From Eledone cirrhosa (lineage: Eukaryota), in the NCBI GenBank assembly GCA_964016885.1, contig OZ024744.1:122388001-122452000 (forward strand): 64,000 bases of DNA, in the 5' to 3' direction. The notes under the pieces were generated by a model that worked only from the letters and a program-made list of their open reading frames with translations, was not told where the DNA came from and made no database searches. This document shows positions 52,236 through 64,000 of the stretch, piece by piece (within the stretch, counting starts at the first letter, position 1; each line of letters starts with the position of its first letter). Position numbers and translations under genes: made by a program.

Positions 52236-55200
52236 TAGGTCTAGGGCTCTGTAGTGTAGTTAGGTTTAGGGTTCTATACTGTAGTTAGGTCTAGGTTTCT
52301 ATACTGTAGTTAGGTCTAGGGTTCTATACTGTAGTTAGGTCTAGGGCTCTGTAGTGTAGTTAGGTTTAGGGTTCTATACAGTAGTTAGGTCAAGGTTTCT
52401 GTACTGTAGCTAGGTGTAGGGTTCTATACTGTAGTTAGGTTTAGGGTTCTATACTGTAGTTAGGTCTAGGGCTCTATACTGTAGTTAGGTTTAGGGTTCT
52501 ATACTGTAGTTAGGTCTAGGGTTCTATACTGTAGTTAGGTCTAGGTTTCTGTACTGTAGTTAGGTTTAGGGTTCTATACTGTAGTTAGGTTTAGGGTCTA
52601 TACTGTAGTTAGGTTTAGGGTTCTGTACAGTAGTTAGGTTTAGGGTTCTATACTGTAGATAGGTTTAGGGTTCTATACTGTAGTTAGGTCTAGGGCTCTG
52701 TAGTGTAGTTTGGTTTAGGGCTCTGTAGTGTAGTTAGGTTTAGGGTTCTATACTGTAGTTAGGTTTAGGGTTCTATACTGTAGATAGGTTTAGGGTTCTA
52801 TACTGTAGTTAGGTCTAGGGCTCTGTAGTCTAGTTAGGTTTAGGGTTCTATACTGTAGTTAGGTCTAGGGCTCTGTAGTGTAGTTAGGTTTAGGGTTCTA
52901 TACTGTAGTTAAGTTTAGGGTTCTATATTGTAGTTAGGTTTAGGGTTCTGTAGTGTAGTTAGGTCTAGGGTTCTATACTGTAGTTAGGTTTAGGGTTCTA
53001 TACTGTAGTTAGGTCTAGGGCTCTGTAGTGTAGTTAGGTCTAGGGTTCTATACTGTAGTTAGGTCTAGGGTTCTATACTGTAGTTAGGTGTAGGGTTCTA
53101 GACTGTAGTTAGGTTTAGGGTTCTATACTATAGTTAGGTTTAGGGTTCTGTAGTGTAGTTAGGTCTAGGGTTCTGTAGTGTAGTTAGGTCTAGGGTTCTG
53201 TAGTGTAGTTAGGTTTAGGGTTCTATAGTGTAGTTACGTCTCGGGTTCTGTAGTGTAGTTAGGTTTAGGGTTCTATACTATAGTTAGGTTTAGGGTTCTA
53301 TACTGTAGTTAGGTTTAGGGTTCTATACTGTAGTTAGGTCTAGGTTTCTGTACTGTAGTTAGGTTTAGGGTTCTGTTCTATAGTTAGGTCTAGGGTTCTA
53401 TACTGTAGTTAGGTCTAGGTTTCTGTAGTGTAGTTAGGTCTAGGTTTCTATACTGTAGTTAGTTCTAGGGTTCTATAGTGTAGTTAGGTTTAGGGTTATA
53501 TACTGTAGTTAGGTTTAGGGTTCTATACTGTAGTTAGGTCTAGGTTTCTATACTGTAGTTAGGTCTAGGTTTCTATACTGTAGTTAGTTCTAGGGTTCTA
53601 TAGTGTAGTTAGGTTTAGGGTTCTGTAGTGTAGTTAGGTTTAGGGTTCTGTAGAGTAGTTAGGTCTAGGGTTCTATACTGTAGTTAGGTTTAGGGATCTA
53701 TACTGTACTTAGGTCTAGGGTTCTGTAGTGTAGTTAGGTTTAGGGTTGTGTACTGTAGTTAGGTTTAGGGTTCTATAATGTAGTTAGGTTTGGGGTTCTG
53801 TAGTGTAGTTAGGTCTAGGGTTCTATACTGTAGTTAGGTCTAGGGTTCTATACTGTAGTTAGGTTTAGGGTTCTATACTGTAGCTAGGTGTAGGGTTCTA
53901 TACTGTAGTTAGGTCTAGGGTTCTATACTGTAGTTAGGTCTAGGGTTCTATACTGTAGTTAGGTCTAGGGTTCTATACTGTAGTTAGGTTTAGGGTTCTA
54001 TACTGTAGTTAGGTTTAGGGTTCTATAGTGTAGTTAGGTTTAGGGTTCTGTACTGTAGTTAGGTCTAGGGTTCTATACTGTAGTTAGGTTTAGAGTTCTA
54101 TACTGTAGTTAGGTTTAGGGTTCTGTACTGTAGTTAGGTCTAGGGTTCTATACTGTAGTTAGGTTTAGGGTTCTGTAGTGTAGGTAGGTTTAGGGTACTA
54201 TACTATAGTTAGGTTTAGGGTTCTATACTGTAGTTAGGTTTAGGGTTCTATACGGTAGTTAGGTCTAGGTTTCTGTACTGTAGTTAGGTTTAGCGTTCTG
54301 TTCTATACTGTAGTTAGGTCTAGGTTTCTGTAGTGTAGTTAGGTTTAGGGTTCTATACTGTAGTTAGGTTTAGGGTTCTGTACTGTAGTTAGGTTTAGGG
54401 TTCTGTAGTGTAGTTAGGTTTAGGGTTCTGTACTGTAGTTAGATCTAAGGTTCTATACTGTAGTTAGGTTTAGGGTTCTATACTGTAGCTAGGTGTAGGG
54501 TTCTATACTGTAGTTAGGTCTAGGGTTCTATACTGTAGTTAGGTTTAGGGTTCTGTAGTGTAGTTAGGTTTAGGGTTCTGTAGAGTAGTTAGGTCTAGGG
54601 TTCTATACTGTAGTTAGGTTTAGGGATCTATACTGTAGTTAGGTCTAGGGTTCTGTAGTGTAGTTAGGTTTAGGGTTGTGTACTGTAGTTAGGTGTAGGG
54701 TTCTATACTGTAGTTAGGTGTAGGGTTCTATATTGTAGTTAGGTCTAGGGTTCTATAGTGTAGTTAGGTCTAGGGTTCTATAGTGTAGTTAGGTCTAGGG
54801 TTCTATACTGTAGGTAGGTGTAGGGTTCTATACTGTAGTTAGGTCTAGGGTTCTATAGTGCAGTTAGGTCTAGGGTTCTATAGTGTAGTTAGGTCTAGGG
54901 TTCTATACTGTAGGTAGGTGTAGGGTTCTATACTGTAGTTAGGTCTAGCGTTCTATACTGTAGTTAGGTCTAGGGTTCTATAGTGTAGTTAGGTCTAGGG
55001 TTCTATACTGTAGTTAGGTCTAGGGTTCTATACTGTAGGTAGGTTTAGGGTTCTATACTGTAGTTAGGTGTAGGGTTCTATACTGTAGTTAGGTTTAAAG
55101 GTTCTGTACTATAGTTAGGTCTAGGGTGCTATACTGTAGTTAGGTTTAGGGTTCTGTACTGTAGTTAGGTTTAGGGTTCTATATTGTAGTTAGGTTTAGG

Positions 55201-58200
55201 CATCTGTAGTGTAGATAGGTTTAGGGTTCTATATTGTAGTTAGGTTTAGGGTTCTGTAATATAGTTAGGTTTAGGGTTCTGTACTGTAGTTAGGTTTAGG
55301 GTTGTGTACTGAAGTTATGTCTAGGGTTTTATACTGTAGTTAGGTTTAGGGTTCTGTAGTGTAGTTAGGACTAGGGTTCTATACTGTAGTTAGGTTTAGG
55401 GTTCTGTAGTGTAGTTAGGTCTAGGTTTCTGTAATGTAGTTAGGTTTAGGGTTCTGTACTGTAGTTAGGTCTAGGGTTCTATACTATAGTTAGGTTTAGG
55501 GTTCTATAGTGTAGTTAGGTCTAGGGTTCTATACTGTAGCTAGGTGTAGGGTTCTATACTGTAGTTATGTCTAGGGTTCTATACTGTAGTGAGGTTTAGG
55601 GTTCTATAGTGTAGTTAGGTTTAAAGGTTCTGTACTATAGTTAGGTCTAGGGTGCTATACTGTAGTTAGGTTTAGGGTTCTATACTATAGTTAGGTTTAA
55701 GGTTCTATACTGTAATTAGGTTTAGGGTTCTGTAGTGTAGTTAGGTTTAGGGTTCTGTAGTGTAGTTAGGTCTAGGGTTCTGTAGTGTAGTTAGGTTTAG
55801 AGTTCTATACTGTAGTTAGGTCTAGGGTTCTATACTGTAGCTAGGTCTAGGTTTCTGGACTGTAGATAGGTTTAGGGTTCTATACTGTAGTTAGGTTTAG
55901 GGTTCTATACTGTAGTTAGGTCTAGGGTTCTGTAGTGTAGTAAGGTCTAGGGTTCTGTACTGCAGTTAGGTCTAGGGTTCTATACTGTAACTAGGTCTAG
56001 GGTTCTAAATTGTAGCTAGGTGTAAGGTTCTATACTGTAGTGAGGTTTAGGGTTCTGTAGTGTAGTTAGGTTTAGGGTTCTGTACTGTAGTTAGGTTTAA
56101 GGTTCTATACTGTAGTTAGGTTTAGGGTTCTATACTGTAGTTAGGTCTAGGGTTCTATACGGTAGTTAGGTCTAGGGTTCTATACGGTAGTTAGGTCTAG
56201 GGTTCTATACTGTAGTTAGGTTCAGGGTTCTGTAGTGTAGTTAGGTCTAGGGTTCTGTACTGTAGTTAGGTTTAAGGTTCTATACTGTAGTTAGGTTTAG
56301 GGTTCTATACTGTAGTTAGGTCTAGGGTTCTATACCGTAGTTAGGTTTAGGGTTCTATACTGTAGTTAGGTTTAGGGTTATATACTGTAGTTAGGTCTAG
56401 GGTTCTGTACTGTAGTTAGGTTTAGGGTTCTGTACTGTAGTTAGGTTTAGGGTTCTATACTGTAGTTAGGTCTAGGGTTCTATACTGTAGTTAGGTTTAG
56501 GGTTCTCTACTGTAGTTAGCTTTAGGGTTCTGTAGTGTAGTTAGGTCTAGGGTTCAATACTGTAATTAGGTCTAGGGTTCTATAGTGTAGTTAGGTCTAG
56601 GGTTCTATAGTGTAGTTAGGTCTAGGGTTCTATAGTGTAGTTAGGTCTAGGGTTCTATACTGTAGGCAGGTGTAGGGTTCTATACTGTAGTTAGGTCTAG
56701 CGTTCTATACTGTAGTTAGGTCTAGGGTTCTATAGTGTAGTTAGGTCTAGGGTTCTATACTGTAGTTAGGTCTAGGGTTCTATACTGTAGGTAGGTTTAG
56801 GGTTCTATACTGTAGTTAGGTGTAGGGTTCTATACTGTAGTTAGGTTTAAAGGTTCTGTACTATAGTTAGGTCTAGGGTGCTATACTGTAGTTAGGTTTA
56901 GGGTTCTGTACTGTAGTTAGGTTTAGGGTTCTATATTGTAGTTAGGTTTAGGCATCTGTAGTGTAGTTAGGTTTAGGGTTCTATATTGTAGTTAGGTTTA
57001 GGGTTCTGTAATATAGTTAGGTTTAGGGTTCTGTACTGTAGTTAGGTTTAGGGTTGTGAACTGTAGTTATGTCTAGGGTTTTATACTGTAGTTAGGTTTA
57101 GGGTTCTGTAGTGTAGTTAGGACTAGGGTTCTATACTGTAGTTAGGTTTAGGGTTCTGTAGTGTAGTTAGGTCTAGGTTTCTGTAATGTAGTTAGGTTTA
57201 GGGTTCTGTACTGTAGTTAGGTCTAGGGTTCTATACTATAGTTAGGTCTAGGGTTCTATACTGTAGCTAGGTGTAGGGTTCTATACTGTAGTTATGTCTA
57301 GGGTTCTATACTGTAGTGAGGTTTAGGGTTCTATAGTGTAGTTAGGTTTAAAGGTTCTGTACTATAGTTAGGTCTAGGGTGCTATACTGTAGTTAGGTTT
57401 AGGGTTCTATACTATAGTTAGGTTTAAGGTTCTATACTGTAATTAGGTTTAGGGTTCTGTAGTGTAGTTAGGTTTAGGGTTCTGTAGTGTAGTTAGGTCT
57501 AGGGTTCTGTAGTGTAGTTAGGTCTAGGGTTCTATACTGTAACTAGGTCTAGGGTTCTAAACTGTAGCTAGGTGTAAGGTTCTATACTGTAGTGAGGTTT
57601 AGGGTTCTGTAGTGTAGTTAGGTTTAGGGTTCTGTACTGTAGTTAGGTTTAAGGTTCTATACTGTAGTTAGGTTTAGGGTTCTATACTGTAGTTAGGTCT
57701 AGGGTTCTATACGGTAGTTAGGTCTAGGGTTCTATACTGTAGTTAGGTTCAGGGTTCTGTAGTGTAGTTAGGTCTAGGGTCCTGTACTGTAGTTAGGTTT
57801 AAGGTTCTATACTGTAGTTAGGTTTAGGGTTCTATACTGTAGTTAGGTCTAGGGTTCTATACCGTAGTTAGGTTTAGGGTTCTATACTGTAGTTAGGTTT
57901 AGGGTTATATACTGTAGTTAGGTCTAGGGTTCTGTACTCTAGTTAGGTTTAGGGTTCTGTACTGTAGTTTGGTTTAGGGTTCTATACTGTAGTTAGGTCT
58001 AGGGTTCTATACTGTAGTTAGGTTTAGGGTTCTGTACTGTAGTTAGGTTTAGGGTTCTGTAGTGTAGTTAGGTCTAGGGTTCTATACTGTAATTAGGTCT
58101 AGGGTTCTATAGTGTAGTTAGGTCTAGGGTTCTATAGTGTAGTTAGGTCTAGGGTTCTATACTGTAGTTAGGTCTAGGGTTCTATACTGTAGGTAGGTTT

Positions 58201-61200
58201 AGGGTTCTATACTGTAGTTAGGTCTAGGGTTCTATACTGTAGTTAGGTTTAAAGGTTCTGTACTATAGCTAGGTCTAGGGTGCTATACTGTAGTTAGGTT
58301 TAGGGTTCTGTACTGTAGTTAGGTTTAGGGTTCTATATTGTAGTTAGGTTTAGGCATCTGTAGTGTAGTTAGGTTTAGGGTTCTATGTTGTAGTTAGGTT
58401 TAGGGTTCTGTAATATAGTTAGGTTTAGGGTTCTGTACTATAGTTAGGTTTAGGGTTGTGTACTGTAGTTATGTCTAGGGTTTTATACTGTAGTTAGGTT
58501 TAGGGTTCTGTAGTGTAGTTAGGTCTAGGTTTCTGTAATGTAGTTAGGTTTAGGGTTCTGTACTGTAGTTAGGTTTAGGGTTCTATACTATAGTTAGGTT
58601 AAGGGTTCTATACTGTAGTTAGGTTTAGGGTTCTATACTGTAGTTAGGTTTAGGGTTCTGTACTGTAGTTAGGTCTAGGGTTCTATACTGTAGTTAGGTT
58701 TAGGGTTCTGTAGTGTAGGTAGGTTTAGGGTTCTATACTGTAGTTAGGTCTAGGGTTCTGTAGTGTAGTTAGGTTTAGGGTGCTGTACTCTAGTAAGGAT
58801 TAGGGTTCTATACTATAGTTAGGTTTAGGGTTCTATAGTGTAGTTAGGTTTAGGGTTCTATACTGTAGTTAGGATTAGGGTTCTGTAGTGTAGGTAGGTT
58901 TAGGGTTCTGTAGTGTAGTTAGGTCTAGGTTTCTGTAATGTAGTTAGGTTTAGGGTTCTATAGTGTAGTTAGGTCTAGGGTTCTATACTGTAGGTAGGTG
59001 TAGGGTTCTATACCGTAGTTATGTCTAGGGTTCTATACTGTAGTGAGGTTTAGGGTTCTATAGTGTAGTTAGGTTTAAAGGTTCTGTACTATAGTTAGGT
59101 CTAGGGTGCTATACTGTAGTTAGGTTTAGGGTTCTATAGTGTAGTTAGGTTTAGGGTTCTATACTGTAGTTATGTCTAGGGTTCTATACTGTAGTGAGGT
59201 CTAGGGTTCTGTAGTGTAGTTAGGTTTAGGGTGCTGTACTCTAGTTAGGTTTAGGGTTCTATACTATAGTTAGGTTTAGGGTTCTATAGTGTAGTTAGGT
59301 TTAGGGTTCTATACTGTAGTTAGGTCTAAGGTTCTGTAGTGTAGTTAGGTTTAGGGTTCTGTAGTGTAGTTAGGTCTAGGGTTCTGTACTGTAGTTAGGT
59401 CGAGGGTTCTATACTGTAGCTAGGTCTAGGGTTCTATACTGTAGTTAGGTTTAGGGTTCTATACTGTAGTTAGGTTTAGGGTACTGTAGTGTAGTTAAGT
59501 TTAGGGTTCTGTAGTGTAGTTAGGTCTAGGGTTCTGTAGTGTAGTTAGGTTTAGAGTTCTATACTCTAGCTAGGTCTAGGTTTCTGGACTGTAGATAGGT
59601 TTAGGGTTCTATACTGTAGTTAGGTTTAGGGTTCTATACTGTAGTTAGGTCTAGGGTTCTGTAGTGTAGTAAGGTCTAGGGTTCTGTACTGTAGTTAGGT
59701 CTAGGGTTCTATACTGTAACTAGGTCTAGGGTTCTAAACTGTAGCTAGGTGTAAGGTTCTATACTGTAGTGAGGTTTAGGGTTCTGTAGTGTAGTTAGGT
59801 TTAGGGTTCTGTACTGTAGTTAGGTTTAAGGTTCTATACTGTAGTTAGGTTTAGGGTTCTATACTGTAGTTAGGTCTAGGGCTCTATACGGTAGTTAGAT
59901 CTAGGGTTCTATACTGTAGTTAGGTTCAGGGTTCTGTAGTGTAGTTAGGTCTAGGGTTCTGTACTGTAGTTAGGTTTAAGGTTCTATACTGTAGTTAGGT
60001 TTAGGGTTCTATACTGTAGTTAGTTCTAGGGTTTTATAGTGTAGTTAGGTCTAGGGTTCTATAATGTAGTTAGGTCTAGGGTTCTATACTGTAGCTAGGT
60101 CTAGGGTTCTATACTGTTGTTAGGTTTAGGTTTCTGTAGTGTAGTTAGGTTTAGGGTTCTATACTGTAGTTAGGTCTAAGGTTCTATATTGTAGTTAGGT
60201 CTAGGGTTCTGTGGTGTAGTTAGGTCTAGGGTACTATACTGTAGTTAGATCTAGGGTTCTATACTGTAGCTAGGTGTAGGGTTCTATACTGTAGTTAGGT
60301 TTAGGGTACTGTAGTGTAGTTAGGTTTAGGGTTCTGTAGTGTAGTTAGGTCTAGGGTTCTGTAGTGTAGTTAGGTTTAGAGTTCTATACTGTAGCTAGGT
60401 ATAGGTTTCTGGACTGTAGATAGGTTTAGGGTTCTATACTCTAGTTAGGTTTAGGGTTCTATACTGTAGCTAGGTGTAGGGTTCTATACTGTAGCTAGGT
60501 GTAAGGTCCTATACTGTAGTGAGGTTTAGGGTTCTGTAGTGTAGTTAGGTTTAGGGTGCTGTACTCTAGTTAGGTTTAGGGTTCTATACTATAGTTAGGT
60601 TTAGGGTTCTATACTGTAGTTAGGTCTAGGGTTCTATAGTGTAGTTAGGTTTAGGGTTCTGTAGTGTAGTTAGGTTTAGGGTTCTATACTGTAGCTAGGT
60701 TTAGGGTTCTGTAGTGTAGTTAGGTTTAGGGTTCTGTACTGTAGTGAGGTTTAGGGTTCTATAGTGTAGTTAGGTCTAGGGTTCTATACTGTAGCTAGGT
60801 GTAGGGTTCTATACTGTAGTTATGTCTAGGGTTCTATACCGTAGTGAGGTTTTGGGTTCTATAGTATAGTTAGGTTTAAAGGTTCTGTACTATAGTTAGG
60901 TCTAGGGTGCTATACAGTAGTGAGGTTTAGGGTTCTATACTATAGTTAGGTTTAAGGTTCTATACAGTAATTAGGTTTAGGGTTCTATATTGTAGTTAGG
61001 TTTAGGGTTCTGTAGTGTAGTTAGATCTAGGATTCTATATTGTAGTTAGGTTTAGGGTTCTGTAGTGTAGTTAGGTTTAGGGTTCTATACTGTAGTTAGG
61101 TTTAGGGTTCTGTACTATAGTTAGGTCTAGGGTTCTATACTGTAGTTAGGTTTAAGGTTCTATACTGTAGTTAGGTTTAGGGTTCTGTAGTGTAGGTAGG

Positions 61201-64000
61201 TTTAGGGTTCTATACTGTAGTTAGGTCTAGGGTTCTGTAGTGTAGTTAGGTTTAGGGTGCTGTACTCTAGTTAGGTTTAGGGTCCTATACTATAGTCAGG
61301 TTTAGGGTTCTATAGTGTAGTTAGGTTTAGGATTCTATACTGTAGTTAGGTTTAGGGTTCTGTAGTGTAGTTAGGTCTAGGTTTCTGTAATGTAGTTAGG
61401 TTTAGGGTTCTGTACTGTAGTTAGGTTTAGGGTTCTATACTATAGTTAGGTTTATGGTTCTATAGTGTAGTTAGGTCTAGGGTTCTATACTGTAACTAGG
61501 TGTAGGGTTCGATACTGTAGTTATGTCTAGGGTTCTATAGTGTAGTTAGGTTTAAAGGTTCTGTACTATAGTTAGGTCTAGGGTGCTATACTGTAGTGAG
61601 GTTTAGGGTTCTGTACTGTAGTTAGGTTTAGGGTTCTATACTGTAGTTAGGTTTAGGGTTCTATACTATAGTTAGGTTTAAGGTTCTATACTGTAATTAG
61701 GGTTAGGGTTCTATTTTGTAGTTAGGTTTAGGGTTCTGTAGTGTAGTTAGGTCTAGGATTCTGAAGTGTAGTTAGGTCTAGGTTTCTGTAATGTAGTTAG
61801 GTTTAGGGTTCTGTACTGTAATGTCTAGGGTTCTATACTGTAGTGAGGTTTTAGGTTCTATAGTATAGTTAGGTTTAAAGGTTCTGTACTATAGTTAGGT
61901 CTAGGGTGCTATACTGTAGTGAGGTTTAGGGTTCTATACTATAGTTAGGTTTAAGGTTCTATACAGTAATTAGGTTTAGGGTTCTATATTGTAGTTAGGT
62001 TTAGGGTTCTGTAGTGTAGTCAGGTCTAGGATTCTATATTGTAGTTAGGTTTAGGGTTCTGTAGTGTAGTTAGGTTTAGGGTTCTATACTGTATTTAGGT
62101 TTAGGGTTCTGTACTATAGTTAGGTCTAGGGTTCTATACTGTAGTTAGGTTTAAGGTTCTATACTGTAGTTGGGTTTAGGGTTCTGTAGTGTAGGTAGGT
62201 TTAGGGTTCTATACTGTAGTTAGGTCGAGGGTTTTGTAGTGTAGATAGGTTCAGGGTGCTGTACTGTAGTTAGGTTTAGGGTTCTATACTATAGTTAGGT
62301 TTAGGGTTCTATAGTGTAGTTAGGTTTAGGGTTCTGTAGTGTAGTTAGGACTAAGTTTCTGTAATGTAATTAGGTTTAGGGTTCTGTACTGTAGTTAGGT
62401 TTAGGGTTCTATAGTGTAGTTAGGTCTAGGGTTCTATACTGTAGCTAGGTGTAGGGTTCTATACTGTAGTTATGTCTAGGGTTGTATACTGTAGTGAGGT
62501 TTTGGGTTCTATAGTGTAGTTAGGTTTAAAGGTTCTGTACTATAGTTAGGTCTAGGGTGCTATACTGTAGTTAGGTCTAGGGTGCTATACGGTAGTTAGG
62601 TTTAGGGTTCTATACTGTAGTTAGGTTTAGGGTTCTATACTATAGTTAGGTGTAAGGTTCTATACTGTAGCTAGGTCTAGGGTTCTATACTGTAGTTAGG
62701 TTTATGGTATTGTAGTGTAGTTAGGTTTAGGGTTCTATATTGTAGTTAGGTTTAGGGTTCTGTAGTGTAGTAAGGTCTAGGGTTCTGTACTGTAGTTAGG
62801 TCTAGGGTTCTATACTGTAGCTAGGTCTAGGGTTCTATACTGTAGTTAGGTTTATGGTATTGTAGTGTAGTTAGGTTTAGGGTTCTGTAGTGTAGTTAGG
62901 TTTAGGGTTCTATACTGTAGTTAGTTCTAGGGTTCTATAGTGTAGTTAGGTCTAGGGTTCTATACTGTAGTTAGGGTCTAGGGTTCTATACTGTAGCTAG
63001 GTGTAGGGTTCTATACTGTAGTTAGGTCTAGGGTTCTATACAGTAGTGACGTTTAGGGTTCTGTAGTGTAGTTAGGTTTAGGGTTGTGTACTGTAGTTAG
63101 GTTTAAGGTTCTATATTGTAGTTAGGTTTAGGGTTCTATACTGTAGTTAGGTCTAGGGTTCTATACTGTAGTTAGGTCTAGGGCTCTGTACTATAGTTAG
63201 GTCTAGGGTTCTATACTGTAGTTAGGTTTAAGGTTCTATACTGTAGTTAGGTTTGGATTGTGTAGTGTAGGTAGGTTTAGGGTTCTATACTGTAGTTAGG
63301 TCTAGGGTTCGGTAGTGTAGTTAGGTCTAGGGTGCTGTACTGTAGTTAGGTTTAGGGTTCTATACTATAGTTAGGTTTAGGGTTCTATAGTGTAGTTAGG
63401 TTTAGGGTTCTATACTGTAGTTAGGTTTAGGGTTCTGTAGTGTAGTTAGGTCTAGGGTTCTATACTGTAGTTAGTTCTAGGGTTCTATAGTGTAGTCAGG
63501 TCTAGGGTTCTATACTTTAGTTAGGTCTAGGGTTCTATACTGTAGCTAGGTGTAGGGTTCTATACTGTAGTTAGGTTTAGGGTTCTGTAGTGTAGTTAGG
63601 TTTAGGGTTCTATACTGTAGTTAGGTCTAGGGTTCTATAGTGTAGTTAGGTCTAGGGTTCTATACTGTAGCAAGGTCTAGGGTTCTATACAGTAGTTAGG
63701 TCTAGGGTTCTATACTGTAGTGAGGTTTAGGGTTCTGTACTATAGTTAGGTCTAGGGTGCTATACTGTAGTTAGGTTTAGAGTTCTAAACAGTAGCTAGG
63801 TGTAGGGTTCTATACTGTAGCTATGTTTAGGATTCTGTAGTGTAGTTGGGTTTAGGGTTCTGTACTGTAGTTAGGTCTAGGGTTCTATACTGTAGTTAGG
63901 TTTAGGGTTCTATACTGTAGTTAGGTCTAGGGTTCTATAGTGTAGTTAGGTTTAGGGTTCTGTAGTGTAGTTAGGTTTAGGGTTCTATACTGTAGCTAGG
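52236..64000. repeat. 25-bp TTAGGG-containing satellite (open at the right edge), about 470 monomers
   Basis: Consensus TAGGT(T/C)TAGGGTTCT(A/G)TA(C/G)TGTAGT repeated head-to-tail with rare 24- and 26-bp units. It starts abruptly after ...CCCCACATA. Confidence 0.99.

Noticed and set aside
52236-64000. True telomere tract
   Set aside because: TTAGGG never occurs as a tandem hexamer run. It is embedded at most once per 25-bp unit and is often replaced by CTAGGG.

Overview
Eukaryotic (animal) genomic DNA; the repeat content is suggestive of a mollusc such as an octopus, but that is inference. About 93% of the window is two tandem satellites: a C/A-rich 42-bp satellite (1-47953, about 1,140 monomers, with nested multi-kb duplications) and a G/T-rich 25-bp satellite containing TTAGGG (52236 to the window end, about 470 monomers). 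All long ORFs in the supplied track are satellite artefacts. The 4.3-kb island between the arrays holds the last two coding exons of a minus-strand nucleoredoxin (NXN)-like gene that the ORF track missed. It also holds a tRNA-derived CORE-type SINE, two decayed RTE-type LINE 3' ends, a candidate minimal type-I hammerhead ribozyme, a perfect 58-bp palindrome and several microsatellites. One RTE fragment has had a 65-nt piece of its own ORF amplified into a 9-copy minisatellite. There is no CRISPR array. I cannot demonstrate a new multi-gene system; the best leads are the RTE-born minisatellite, the hammerhead, and the telomere-like intronic satellite with a branch-point motif in every unit.
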